Shown in pieces: positions 26,626 to 36,544 of a stretch of 64,000 nt of DNA. The DNA lies in IMG/VR virus record IMGVR_UViG_3300009177_000003; one strand, given 5' to 3'. This DNA is from an uncultured virus (IMG/VR IMGVR_UViG_3300009177_000003) (lineage: Duplodnaviria > Heunggongvirae > Uroviricota > Caudoviricetes). The first letter of the stretch is position 1. The number at the start of each line of letters is the position of its first letter. A model generated the notes under the pieces. The model saw only the letters and a program-made list of their open reading frames with translations. It did not search any database and was not told the DNA's origin. The translations under genes and the position numbers were made by a program.

Positions 26626-28040
26626 AGTACCGGCGGTCGCACCACCACGGGCATCGCGCTGCCGCCGGGGTCGCGGTGCCCACGATGGACGACTTCACGG
26701 CGCTTGCCGCGCGCGTCACGGCGTTGGAGCAGGGCAGCGTCACGCCGCCGGAGCCGGAGCCGATTCCGCCGCCGACCAACGGCACGCAGTGCAAGCGCAT
26801 CGCGGCGCTGATCGAGAAATTCGGGATTAACACCTTCTCGTCGATGGACAGCGGCAACAGGTGGGGTTCGTGGCCCGCCGACTACCGGCCCGAGAGCGTG
26901 ATCGCTGCGCTGGATTGGATGCTGCAGGACAGCGGGTTCGCGTTCGGTCTCCGCGAGTATCACTACGCTGGCCGCGAGAGCTGGCAGCGGCCGTGGTTCC
27001 AGCAGATCAAATCCGCCTACCCGAACATGCGCAACATGATGTGTCCGGGCGCCAATGCCTCCGTCGCAGACGTGCCCTCGATGCTGGCGATGCAACAGGA
27101 CCCGTCAACCGGTGTGGTGTGGGCAGAAGGAATCAATGAAGCCAACACTGATTTCGGCTCCGGACAGGTTCCATACGAAACCACCTACGACATCCAGGAA
27201 GCGGTGTGGGCTGACGGCATCCGAGGCGCGCTGCTCGGTCCGAGCATCGTCGCCGGCACGCCGCACCCTGAGGGCTGGATCCTCGGCTATTGCGAGAGCC
27301 AAGCGAACCTCGACGAACTGAACGGCATGATGGACATCGGCAACGGGCACTATTACCCGCCCGGCTCCCCCGATGTCCCCAACACCGGCTATTCGGTCAA
27401 TGAATACGTGGGCGGCCTGTGGGGCGCTTATGCAAAGCACCCGATCGCGCTCCCCGAGTTCCATCCCACGTTATACAATTCGCAGGGGAACAACCCCGGC
27501 AAGCCCGGCTGGTCAGGCAAGCGCGATGCCTACTACACCACAACGACCTTGTTCCGGTGCGCGCAGAACGGCACGCACTCGGTGTGGTGGTACGCAATGT
27601 TCGATTACGGCAGCACCTATCGTTGCGGGCTTTTTCCGATCAACGGCTATGCCGATCCGCGCGAAGACGCTTATGCGCTGCGGGCGCTGTGCTGGCTCTG
27701 TGCCGATCGCGGGGATAACCGCCGCACCTTCGACCCCGGCAAGTTCGACTACACGGTGAGCGGTGGCGACAGCGCGTGCTCCACCGACCTCTATCAAGGC
27801 TCGGACGGCGTGATCTACATCGCGCTCTGGCGCTCTCTCCCCGAGCCCGGCGGCGCGGCGATCCCGCTCGCGTTCGACTTCCCTTCCAAGCCGGGCAAGA
27901 TCGAGGAGTTCGACATCACCAAGCTGGCCGCCGACAAGGTGGCGAGCGGCTACGTGCCGGTGCAGGTCAACACGTCGAAGGACGGTAAGCTGACCAGTCA
28001 GCTCGACGGCTCAGCGCGGATCATCCGCATCACTCCATGA
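26622..28040 (+). CDS. Glycoside hydrolase-like protein (clan A type) with N-terminal coiled coil and Pro linker
   Basis: WAEGINE (acid/base), GNGHYY, LPEF (nucleophile), WWYAMFD. Confidence 0.6.
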   Translation: MKYRRSHHHGHRAAAGVAVPTMDDFTALAARVTALEQGSVTPPEPEPIPPPTNGTQCKRIAALIEKFGINTFSSMDSGNRWGSWPADYRPESVIAALDWMLQDSGFAFGLREYHYAGRESWQRPWFQQIKSAYPNMRNMMCPGANASVADVPSMLAMQQDPSTGVVWAEGINEANTDFGSGQVPYETTYDIQEAVWADGIRGALLGPSIVAGTPHPEGWILGYCESQANLDELNGMMDIGNGHYYPPGSPDVPNTGYSVNEYVGGLWGAYAKHPIALPEFHPTLYNSQGNNPGKPGWSGKRDAYYTTTTLFRCAQNGTHSVWWYAMFDYGSTYRCGLFPINGYADPREDAYALRALCWLCADRGDNRRTFDPGKFDYTVSGGDSACSTDLYQGSDGVIYIALWRSLPEPGGAAIPLAFDFPSKPGKIEEFDITKLAADKVASGYVPVQVNTSKDGKLTSQLDGSARIIRITP

Positions 28041-28777
28041 TCGGACCATCGGTCACCGAGGGCGACGTCTATCAGTCGCTCAAGGGCTTCCTCGCCACCA
28101 TCCTGCCCCCGGGCATTCCGATCTTGCGGACGCAGATCAACCGCGTGGCCTCGCCAGCCGGCGACTTCGTGATGATGACGCCGCTGCTGCGCACGCGGCT
28201 GGCGACGAACATCGACGCGACGATCGACATCGCGATGACCGGGCAGATCGACGGCCCGACGCTGACCGTCGATAGCATCACCGGAGGCGCGCTCGCGATC
28301 GGCTCGATGCTGTTCGGCACCGCCACTCAGCCGCTCGCGGCCAATACCAGGGTCACCGCCTTCGACACCGGGACCGGAGGCGCCGGAACCTACACCGTCT
28401 CGCCGGAGCAGACCTTCGCCCCCGACCATCTCTACGCCGGCGTCACCACGTCGATTGCGCCGACGCAGCTCACCGTGCAGATCGACATATACGGCGAGCA
28501 CTCGGCCGATTACGCGCAGATCATCACCACGCTGCTGCGCGACGAATTCGGCACGCACTATTTCGACGGGCTCGGCCTGCCGATCCAGACGCTCTACGCC
28601 AATGATGCGCGGCAGATGGTCTTCCTCGACGCCGAGACCCAGTTCGAGCATCGCTGGATCGTCGAGGCGGTGCTGCAGGCCAACATCGAGGTCGATTCCC
28701 CGATGCAGTTCGCCGACGAGGTGGTGGTCACCATCCCGCCGGGCGTCGATCTGCCGTTCCTGATCGAATTGCCCTAA
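28037..28777 (+). CDS. Tail terminator/neck protein
   Basis: QINRV, VQIDIYG, QFEHRW; directly before the sheath gene. Confidence 0.75.
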   Translation: MIGPSVTEGDVYQSLKGFLATILPPGIPILRTQINRVASPAGDFVMMTPLLRTRLATNIDATIDIAMTGQIDGPTLTVDSITGGALAIGSMLFGTATQPLAANTRVTAFDTGTGGAGTYTVSPEQTFAPDHLYAGVTTSIAPTQLTVQIDIYGEHSADYAQIITTLLRDEFGTHYFDGLGLPIQTLYANDARQMVFLDAETQFEHRWIVEAVLQANIEVDSPMQFADEVVVTIPPGVDLPFLIELP

Positions 28778-28801
28778 CCCCTCACTGTCCGGAGCTATGC
28801 C

Positions 28802-30529
28802 ATGACAGGCCCCGCGATTCCCGCGAGTGCGATTGTCGCTGTCACGCCGTCCGTCATCTCGGCCGGCGGCACCGCGCTCGATCTGGTCGGCTTGCTGCTG
28901 ACCCAGAACAGTCGCGTGCCGATTGGCGACGTGCTGCGGTTCACCACGCAGGCAGATGTCGCCGGCTATTTCGGCGCCACCAGCCAGGAAGCCCAGCTCG
29001 CAACCAACTATTTCCTGGGGTTCGACAACAGCAACGTCAAACCGGCCTCGATGCTGTTCACCCAGTACAACACCGTCGCGGTCGGTGCATGGCTGCGCGG
29101 CGCCTCGATCTCCGGCATGACCATCGCGCAGCTGCAGGCCACCCCGCCAGGGACGATGGCAGTCCGGTTGGACGGCAACGTGGTGACCTCCAACACGATC
29201 AATCTCGCGACCGCGACCAGCTTCTCGCAAGCGGCGGCAATCATGTCGACCGCGCTGGGCCAGCCGGCCGCCGGCGGTGCGACGTTCACCGCCAGTATCT
29301 CCGGCTTCACAATGACGGTGACCGCCGTCTCGGCCGGCACGCTCGCGGTCGGTCAGGTGCTGACCGGCGGCGGCACCACGCCGGGCACGGTGATTGCCGC
29401 CTACGGGACCGGCATCGGCGGCGTCGGGACCTACATCCTCAACAACAGCCAAACGATCGCCTCGACCTCGCTCAGCACCAGCACGCCGACGGTGACCTAT
29501 GACGCGATCACCGCGAGCTTCGTCGTCACCTCTTCGACCACCGGGGCCAATTCCTCGATCGACTATGCGACCGGCACGATCGCCAACGTATTCCATCTGA
29601 CCCAGGCGAGCGGCGCACAACTGAGCCAGGGCGCGATCCCGGCGACCGCGCTCGGGGTGATGTCGAACGTGGTGGCGACGACGCAGGACTGGGTGTCGTT
29701 CGCGACCGCCTTCGATCCCGATGGTGGCAGCGGCAATGCGCAGAAGCTGGCGCTGGCGCAATGGTGCAACGGCCAGGGCAACCGCTACGTCTATGTCGCC
29801 TGGGATACCGATATCGGCGCGACGCAGCAGAACAATTCGACCTGCCTTGGTCAGTTGATCGAGGCGGCAAACCTGTCGGGCACGGTCGCGCTCTACTCGC
29901 CGACGCAGGGCGCGGCGCTCGCCTCGTTCTTCATGGGCGCGATCGCCAGCATCGACTTCACCGAGCTGAACGGCCGCACGACGCTCGCCTTCCGCTCGCA
30001 GACCGGCTTGGTCGCAGACATCACCAACGCGACGATCGCCTCGACGTTGGAGGGCAACGGCTACAACTACTACGGGGTGTGGTCTACCGCGAACGACCGC
30101 TTCACCTTCGCCTACTCCGGCTCGATCGGTGGCCCGTTCGCCTGGATCGACTCCTACATCGATCAGGTCTGGATGAACAATCAGTTCCAGCTCGCGCTTA
30201 TGGTGCTGCTGACCAGCCGCAAGTCGATCCCCTACAACATGCAAGGCTATGGGCAGATCAAGGCGGCCTGCCAGGACGTGATCAATCAGGCCGTGGACTT
30301 TGGCGCGGTGCGGGCCGGGGTGACGCTCTCGATGCAGCAGGCGGCCTCGGTGAATGCCGACGCCGGCGTGAGGATCGACGATATCCTCGGTCAGCGCGGC
30401 TGGTATTTCCAGGTGCGCGATGCCTTGCCGCAGGTGCGTGCCGCGCGCGGCTCACCGCCATGCACGTTCTGGTACATGGACGGGCAATCGGTTCAGCGGA
30501 TCAACCTCGCCTCGGTGATGATCCAGTAG
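28802..30529 (+). CDS. Tail sheath protein (DUF3383-type)
   Basis: IPASAIV.V.PSVI, NGRTTLAF, IPYN, WYMDGQSVQ. Confidence 0.9.
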   Translation: MTGPAIPASAIVAVTPSVISAGGTALDLVGLLLTQNSRVPIGDVLRFTTQADVAGYFGATSQEAQLATNYFLGFDNSNVKPASMLFTQYNTVAVGAWLRGASISGMTIAQLQATPPGTMAVRLDGNVVTSNTINLATATSFSQAAAIMSTALGQPAAGGATFTASISGFTMTVTAVSAGTLAVGQVLTGGGTTPGTVIAAYGTGIGGVGTYILNNSQTIASTSLSTSTPTVTYDAITASFVVTSSTTGANSSIDYATGTIANVFHLTQASGAQLSQGAIPATALGVMSNVVATTQDWVSFATAFDPDGGSGNAQKLALAQWCNGQGNRYVYVAWDTDIGATQQNNSTCLGQLIEAANLSGTVALYSPTQGAALASFFMGAIASIDFTELNGRTTLAFRSQTGLVADITNATIASTLEGNGYNYYGVWSTANDRFTFAYSGSIGGPFAWIDSYIDQVWMNNQFQLALMVLLTSRKSIPYNMQGYGQIKAACQDVINQAVDFGAVRAGVTLSMQQAASVNADAGVRIDDILGQRGWYFQVRDALPQVRAARGSPPCTFWYMDGQSVQRINLASVMIQ

Positions 30530-30542
30530 AAGGAGGCGTGTC

Positions 30543-30974
30543 ATGGCAACACTTACCGCAGCCAACAGCGTCCTCACGCTGGCGATCCTCAACCTGTTCC
30601 CGGTGCCGCAGACGATGCAGGGCTATGCGGCGGATTCGGCTTTCACCGCCGATCAATTCGCGCCGGTCGAGACGGTGATGGGCGTCGATGGCTACCTCTC
30701 GGCCGGTTGGGTGCCCGTCGAGAAGAAGATGACCATCAGCATTCAGGCCGACTCACCATCGGCGGCGATGTTCGATGCGTGGTATTCGGCGCAGGAGGCC
30801 GCGCGCGAGACCTACATCGCCAACGGCGGCCTGATCCTGCCGGCGATCAACCGGGAATTCACGCTGATCCGCGGCTTCCTCTCGACCTACACGCCGTTCC
30901 CCGAGGGCAGGAAGATATTGCAGGCGCGCACCTTCGGCATCACCTGGGCGTCCATTCTGCCGGTGCCGATCTGA
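30543..30974 (+). CDS. Tail tube protein (DUF3277-type)
   Basis: 143 aa after the sheath; QGYAAD, MGVDG.LSAG. Confidence 0.85.
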   Translation: MATLTAANSVLTLAILNLFPVPQTMQGYAADSAFTADQFAPVETVMGVDGYLSAGWVPVEKKMTISIQADSPSAAMFDAWYSAQEAARETYIANGGLILPAINREFTLIRGFLSTYTPFPEGRKILQARTFGITWASILPVPI

Positions 30975-31429
30975 TGGCGCGACGCACGCGCGAGGTGGTG
31001 ATCGGCCAGGACGGCGGACGCGACGCCGGCAAGCGCTTCCTGCTCACCGAGATGCCGGCCTCGCGCGCCGAACGGTGGGCGATGCGTGCGCTGTCGGCGA
31101 TGATCCGCGCCGACGTGGACATCCCCGAGAACCTCGCTTCCGCCGGCATGGCCGGGCTCGCGGCGGTCTCGCTCAAGGCGTTGTCGGCGATTCCGCAGGA
31201 CGAGGCCGATCTGCTGATGGCTGAGATGATGGCCTGCGTCGCCTATATCCCCGATCCGTCGGCGCCCATGGTGACGCGCTCGCCGCCGTGGGACGACGAT
31301 ATCGAGGAAGTGGCGACACGGCTCGAACTGCGCCGACAGGTCGTCGAGCTGCACACGGGTTTTTCCTTGGCCGCCGACCCATCGACTTCGGGATCGACGG
31401 CGGAGACACCGCTGGCCCGAGCTTCATAG
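30974..31429 (+). CDS. Tail assembly chaperone (short form)
   Basis: GRDAGKRFLLTEMPA...DIEEVAT; TGATG coupling. Confidence 0.8.
   Translation: MARRTREVVIGQDGGRDAGKRFLLTEMPASRAERWAMRALSAMIRADVDIPENLASAGMAGLAAVSLKALSAIPQDEADLLMAEMMACVAYIPDPSAPMVTRSPPWDDDIEEVATRLELRRQVVELHTGFSLAADPSTSGSTAETPLARAS
31357..31363 (+). promoter_or_regulatory. Programmed -1 frameshift site G GGT TTT
   Basis: In-frame XXXYYYZ heptamer; the -1 frame stays open to 31593, just before the tape measure. Confidence 0.8.
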
Positions 31430-31593
31430 ACTACGCGAACGTGCCGCGGACGGTCGCCGCGGTGATCTCGGTGAAGCTGGCGACGCTGCATGAACTCGAC
31501 ACCGTGTACGGCATCGAGGACCTGTACGACCTGCTCGAAGTGATGTCGGTGGACGCGCACAACCGCAAGCTCGCGATGCGACGGGAGGACTGA
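31363..31593 (+). CDS. C-terminal extension of the tail chaperone (-1 frame)
   Basis: ...LATLHELDTVYGIEDLYDLLEV...; its stop overlaps the tape measure ATG. Confidence 0.75.
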   Translation, partial: FLGRRPIDFGIDGGDTAGPSFIDYANVPRTVAAVISVKLATLHELDTVYGIEDLYDLLEVMSVDAHNRKLAMRRED

Positions 31594-33470
31594 TGCCGAC
31601 AGTCGTCGACTCCCTCGTCATCCAACTCGGCTTCGATGCGCGCGCGCTCAATCAGGCGGCGCGGCAGGCGACGGCTGGGCTGCAGGCGATCAAGAAAAGC
31701 GCGGGCGAGACCGGCGACACGCTGAAGAAAACCGAGGACCAGGGGCGGCGCACCGCCCAGCAGATGTCCTCGCAGGGCAACGTCGCGGCCGAGTACTTCA
31801 ACAAGATCCGCAATCAGGCGCTGTCGCTGATGGCGGTGCTGATCGGCGGCAAGGGCATCGGCGAGACGATCCAGGGCGTCGTCACCAACCTCGCCTCGCT
31901 CGGCCGACAGGCGACGATGCTGGGCTCGTCGGTGCCGCAGCTCGCGGCCTACCGCAACATGATCGCCGAGATGGGCGGCAGCGCCGACGAGGCAGGCGCC
32001 TCGTTGCAGCGGATGCAGAACGCGATCGACGATCTGAAGACCATCGGCTCGTCGCCCATGGATCCGTTCTTCGCCGCGATCGGCGGGGTGCCGAGCGATG
32101 CGAACGATGCGCTGATCCGGTTCGCCCGGTTCGCCGAGCAACATCGCAATCAGCCTGCGGAGGTCCGCAGGGTCGGCCGGCTGGGCGGCTACAGCCCGGC
32201 CGAGGTCATCGAGGCGATGAAGGGCGAGGCGCAGGTCCGGCGTGATCTGGCCGACGCGCAGAAGCGCGCCACGGGCTCGACGAAGGAAGGCACCGAACAG
32301 ATGCAGGCGGTGCAGACCGCCTGGGTCAAGCTGACGAACGCGGCGCAGAATCTTGCCAACATCCTGATCGTGCGGTTCGGCCCGGCCTTCACCGCCATCC
32401 TCGATGCGGTGACCAAGTTCATCGAGGATCATCCCTACATCGCCACCGCGATCGGCGTTGCGGGCGCCGGAGGCACTGTGGCGCTCGGGATATTCGGCTT
32501 TCTCAAATCGTTCCTGGGCGGAGCGGCGTTGACCGCCTCTGCCGCTGCGCTGACCGGCTCGTCCGTTGCGCTGGACGCCTCCGCTGCGGCGCTGATGGGC
32601 GCGGCCGGTGCGTTGGGTGCGGGAGGATTGGCGGGCGCCGCCGGCGGCGTTGCCGGGCGCGCCGGGCGGTTCGCGACGAGCACAGGCGCTGGGGCTGCCG
32701 CGTCGCGCCTGGGCACGGCGCTGCGATGGGCCGGTCCTATCGGCGCGTTCGTCGCCGGCATGTGGCCGGGCTCGACGGCCTCGGACGACACGACGCAAGA
32801 GCCGAACATGGGTGGCGTGCGCGGCGGCGATCCGAAAACGCTCGGCATGACGGATGAGCAGTACGACATCTACCGGGCGACCCTTGGGAAGCGTGAGTCG
32901 GGCGGGCGCTACGGCATCGTCAATCGCTACGGATACGCCGGGAAGTATCAGTTCGGCGGGCCGGAGATCAGAGAGACCGCCCTGGCGCTCGGCGAAACCC
33001 CACCGACCCGCGAGCAGTTCCTTGCCAATCCCGAGATGCAGGAACGCTACATGCTGCAATACACGCTCGCCCATCACCAGCAGCTGATGCGCGATCCGGT
33101 ATATGCGGCGATGACGCCCGAGCAGCGGGCTGGCGCATTGGCGACGGCACATCTCAAGGGCGTGGGCGGTGCCCTGCGGCAACTGCACGGCGGCAGTGCT
33201 GGCGTAGATGCGAACAACACCAGCGGAGCCTCGTACAACCAGATGATGCTCGACGCCTATCGGCGGCACGCCGCAATGGCGGCACAGGCGCAGGACGGCA
33301 CCGCCGGACGCCAGCAGGTCTCCAACGACAACAGCCGCAGCCAGACCGTGAACGTGCATGGCCCGATCACCGTGCAGACCGCAGCGACGGACGCCCGTGG
33401 CCTCGCACGCGGGCTGCGTAGCGAGTTCGCCGGAGGGCTAGTGGGCGCAGCCAACACCGGCCTTGCCTGA
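31593..33470 (+). CDS. Tape measure protein with C-terminal lysozyme-like domain
   Basis: Ala/Gly-rich helical 625 aa; ESGGRYGIVNRYGYAGKYQF. Confidence 0.85.
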   Translation: MPTVVDSLVIQLGFDARALNQAARQATAGLQAIKKSAGETGDTLKKTEDQGRRTAQQMSSQGNVAAEYFNKIRNQALSLMAVLIGGKGIGETIQGVVTNLASLGRQATMLGSSVPQLAAYRNMIAEMGGSADEAGASLQRMQNAIDDLKTIGSSPMDPFFAAIGGVPSDANDALIRFARFAEQHRNQPAEVRRVGRLGGYSPAEVIEAMKGEAQVRRDLADAQKRATGSTKEGTEQMQAVQTAWVKLTNAAQNLANILIVRFGPAFTAILDAVTKFIEDHPYIATAIGVAGAGGTVALGIFGFLKSFLGGAALTASAAALTGSSVALDASAAALMGAAGALGAGGLAGAAGGVAGRAGRFATSTGAGAAASRLGTALRWAGPIGAFVAGMWPGSTASDDTTQEPNMGGVRGGDPKTLGMTDEQYDIYRATLGKRESGGRYGIVNRYGYAGKYQFGGPEIRETALALGETPPTREQFLANPEMQERYMLQYTLAHHQQLMRDPVYAAMTPEQRAGALATAHLKGVGGALRQLHGGSAGVDANNTSGASYNQMMLDAYRRHAAMAAQAQDGTAGRQQVSNDNSRSQTVNVHGPITVQTAATDARGLARGLRSEFAGGLVGAANTGLA

Positions 33471-34528
33471 TGGCGCTGACGCCGGTCACGCCGCCGACCT
33501 ACCCCAACGTGCCGCGCTCGCCCGGCGTGCCCCCGGTCATGCGGCAAGCGGGCGCCATCGAGAACACCGTCGTCGCCGTCGCCTCGGACGCGATCAACGT
33601 GGTCAAGCAGTTCCTCGGCCTCGGGCCGACCTGGGGCATCTTCTCGCCCAAGACCGGCCAGCCGGTGTTCGTCTCCGACAGCGTGATCGCGGTCGACTAC
33701 CGGCAGGAATGGAACGTCGCGCGCTATCCGATCGAGCTGGGCGGCTTCGTCGACTACAACAAGGTGAAGGAGCCGTTCGATATCCGCGTGACCTTCGCGT
33801 TCAGCGGCAACCAGGGCCTGCTCGGGAGCCTGATCCCGGGTGGCGCGCTGCTCTCGCTGATCCCTGGCTTCAGCGGCGCCGACAGCCGGCGGACCATGCT
33901 GCAGATGCTCGACGCGGCGATCGCCACCACCGACCTCGTGAGCGTCGTGACGCCCGAAGCGCAGTATCCGATGGTCAACATCGTGCACTACGACTATCGG
34001 CGCGAGGCGCGGAACGGTGCGGCACTGATCAAGGTCGATGTGTGGTGCCAGGAGATACGTCCCTCGGCTAAGCCGGCGTTCAGCAAGTCAGGCCAGCTCA
34101 CCGGCACTGATCCGATTGCCGGGCCGGGGACGGGCGGCGGAACTGGCCCATCGGCGACCCAGGGAACCGGTGGAACCGGATCAGGCGGCACAGGTGGAGG
34201 CGACGGCGGCAACGGCGGCGCCAATGCGCCCTCGCAACCGAGCGGTGCGTCGCCCGCCGATGGCGGCACGGTGCAGCCCCAGCAGGTTACCGGCCCCAAC
34301 GGCGCGACTGCCGCTACCAGCGGTGCGCCAGGAACGCAAAGCGGACAGTACGGCTCGGGTGCTACCATCCCTGTTTCAACGACGCCGGGAGCCTCGTCGC
34401 CATTCAGCGCAGCACCCCCGGGCACCGTGCCGCTGTACGATCAGGACGGCGCATTCACCGGGTCCTTCGTCAAACCAGGATCGCCAGTGCCGCCCGGCTA
34501 CTTTGCGCCGCCGCATGGGGCGAGATGA
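33470..34528 (+). CDS. Baseplate/tube initiator (Dit-like) protein with Gly/Pro-rich tail
   Basis: WGIF, YPIE.G.F.DYNKV..P, VVTPE. Confidence 0.75.
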   Translation: MALTPVTPPTYPNVPRSPGVPPVMRQAGAIENTVVAVASDAINVVKQFLGLGPTWGIFSPKTGQPVFVSDSVIAVDYRQEWNVARYPIELGGFVDYNKVKEPFDIRVTFAFSGNQGLLGSLIPGGALLSLIPGFSGADSRRTMLQMLDAAIATTDLVSVVTPEAQYPMVNIVHYDYRREARNGAALIKVDVWCQEIRPSAKPAFSKSGQLTGTDPIAGPGTGGGTGPSATQGTGGTGSGGTGGGDGGNGGANAPSQPSGASPADGGTVQPQQVTGPNGATAATSGAPGTQSGQYGSGATIPVSTTPGASSPFSAAPPGTVPLYDQDGAFTGSFVKPGSPVPPGYFAPPHGAR

Positions 34529-34840
34529 ATGCAGCTCATCCCGATCGCCGCTGTGCCGTCGCAGACGCTCACCGCATCGCTCGGCGGACAGCGTTGCCGA
34601 ATCAACATCTATCAGCGCGTACCCGGGCTGTTCTGCGATCTCTACGTGAACGACGCGCAGATTATTGGCGGTGTCATCTGCCAGCACACCAACCTGATCG
34701 TGCGCGACACCTATCTCGGCTTCATCGGCGACCTCGCCTTTCTCGACCAGCAGGGCGGCGATGATCCGGTGTGGACCGGTCTCGGTATCCGTTGGGTGCT
34801 CGGCTACATGGAGCCAGATCAGTTCCTGGTGCGCTTATGA
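34529..34840 (+). CDS. Small baseplate protein
   Basis: IP..AVPSQ...YLGFIGDL.F.DQQG..DP...GLG.RW. Confidence 0.75.
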   Translation: MQLIPIAAVPSQTLTASLGGQRCRINIYQRVPGLFCDLYVNDAQIIGGVICQHTNLIVRDTYLGFIGDLAFLDQQGGDDPVWTGLGIRWVLGYMEPDQFLVRL

Positions 34841-35838
34841 GCGGCGCGAACCAGGGGCCTACGACCGTCACCCAGGTCAAGGGCGGCACGATCACCACCA
34901 CCTCGTCGGGCACCGGCTCGGCCGATGCGCCAACGCAGCAGCAGACCTCCACGGCACGACCGGCCAACGCCTTCGTGCAGCGCGCCATCGATATCACCGT
35001 CAAGATCGGCCAGGGCGACTTCGGCGAGAAAGGCTTCGATCAAATCACGCTGCGAGGGCTGCGCGTCTCAACACACATCCAGAAGCTCGGCTTCCCCGAC
35101 TTCAACCGCGCACAGATCGCGATCTTCGGCATGAAGCTCGACCTGATGAACCGCCTGTCCACACTCGGCATTCCGAACGTCGCCGGCACGCGCAACAATC
35201 AGGTCGCGATCATGGCCTACGACGTTAAGACGGCGCCCAAGCTGGTCTTTGAGGGCCACATCATCGAGGCGTGGGCCGACTTCGCCGGGATGCCTGAGGT
35301 GGTGTTCAACATCCAGGCGCAGACCGGCGGCGACGCGCAGATGAAGCCGGTGCCTGCGTCGTCCTATCCGGGTGCGGCCGACGCCGTAGTGATCATGCAG
35401 TCGCTGGCGAAGCTGATGGGCCGCGAATTCGAGAACAACGGCGTGCCGGTCACGATGCTCGACAACCCGTACTTCCCAGGCACCGCGACCGCCCAGGCCG
35501 AGGCGTGCGCGCGGGCGGCGAATATCGGGTGGGTGCTCGACGACAAGAAGCTGGCGATCTTCCCGGTGTACGGCCAGCGCGCCAACGATGTGCCGGTGGT
35601 CTCGCGCAACACCGGCATGGTGGGCTATCCGAGCTACGCCGGGCCGCCATTCGTCGCGCTGCGCACGCTCTACAATCCGGCGATCGTTTTCAACGGCACG
35701 ATCAAGGTCGAGAGCGACGTCAAGAACGCCAACGGCGAGTGGCGAGTGCGATCCCTGGAGCATCATCTGGAGAGCGAAATGCCCAACGGTGCATGGTTCT
35801 CCGAGATCGTCGCGGACAAGCTGTTTGCCGCAACCTGA
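34837..35838 (+). CDS. Baseplate hub protein
   Basis: FENNGV, TGMVGYP, HLESE.PNGAWF; ATGA start. Confidence 0.8.
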   Translation: MSGANQGPTTVTQVKGGTITTTSSGTGSADAPTQQQTSTARPANAFVQRAIDITVKIGQGDFGEKGFDQITLRGLRVSTHIQKLGFPDFNRAQIAIFGMKLDLMNRLSTLGIPNVAGTRNNQVAIMAYDVKTAPKLVFEGHIIEAWADFAGMPEVVFNIQAQTGGDAQMKPVPASSYPGAADAVVIMQSLAKLMGREFENNGVPVTMLDNPYFPGTATAQAEACARAANIGWVLDDKKLAIFPVYGQRANDVPVVSRNTGMVGYPSYAGPPFVALRTLYNPAIVFNGTIKVESDVKNANGEWRVRSLEHHLESEMPNGAWFSEIVADKLFAAT

Positions 35839-36541
35839 CAACAGCGCGTGGTTCGGGCAGGCCAACCCGTTCTCGCGGAACTCGACCTTCAATCAGATCG
35901 AGTTCGTCGCGCGGCAGGTGCTCAACCGCGCCGCCACGACGACGCTCGTTAAGGTCGTGAAGGTGACCAATGCGGGCGAGCTGTCGCCGGTAGGCTACGT
36001 GGACGTGCAGCCGATGGTTAACCAGATCGACGGCCGCGGGCGCGCCACGCCGCACGGGGTGATCCACAACATCCCCTATCTGCGCGTGCAGGGCGGCGCC
36101 AACGCGGTGATCATCGACCCGCAGCCGGGCGACATCGGCATGGCGTCCTTCGCCTCGCACGACATCTCGACGGTCAAGCGCACGCGGCAGGTCAGCAATC
36201 CTGGCTCGCGCCGCCGCTTCGACTGGTCGGACGGCCTCTATCACGGCGGGATGCTCAACGGCGCGCCCTCGCAGGTCGTGCGCTTCGCCGCCGACGGCGT
36301 GCATATCGAGACGCCGAACAAGGTGGCGATCAACGCGGGCGGCGACGTGACCATCTTCACAAACGGCGACTTCACCGTGCAGTCGAACAACTTCGTCATC
36401 GACGGCACCGGCAACACGCTGGCGCAGGGCCTCATCGCGGCGACCGGAGCGGTGGTGGCGGGGCAAGGCACCCCGGATCAGGTGAACCTGCAAACGCATC
36501 ACCATCCGACCAACGGCGCGCCGCCGACACCGGGGAGCTGA
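35825..36541 (+). CDS. Baseplate spike (Gp138/GpV-like), TTG start uncertain
   Basis: VDVQPMV, PYLRVQGG..AVIIDP..GDIG, C-terminal THHH metal-binding tip. Confidence 0.85.
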   Translation: MPQPDNSAWFGQANPFSRNSTFNQIEFVARQVLNRAATTTLVKVVKVTNAGELSPVGYVDVQPMVNQIDGRGRATPHGVIHNIPYLRVQGGANAVIIDPQPGDIGMASFASHDISTVKRTRQVSNPGSRRRFDWSDGLYHGGMLNGAPSQVVRFAADGVHIETPNKVAINAGGDVTIFTNGDFTVQSNNFVIDGTGNTLAQGLIAATGAVVAGQGTPDQVNLQTHHHPTNGAPPTPGS

Positions 36542-36544
36542 CGC

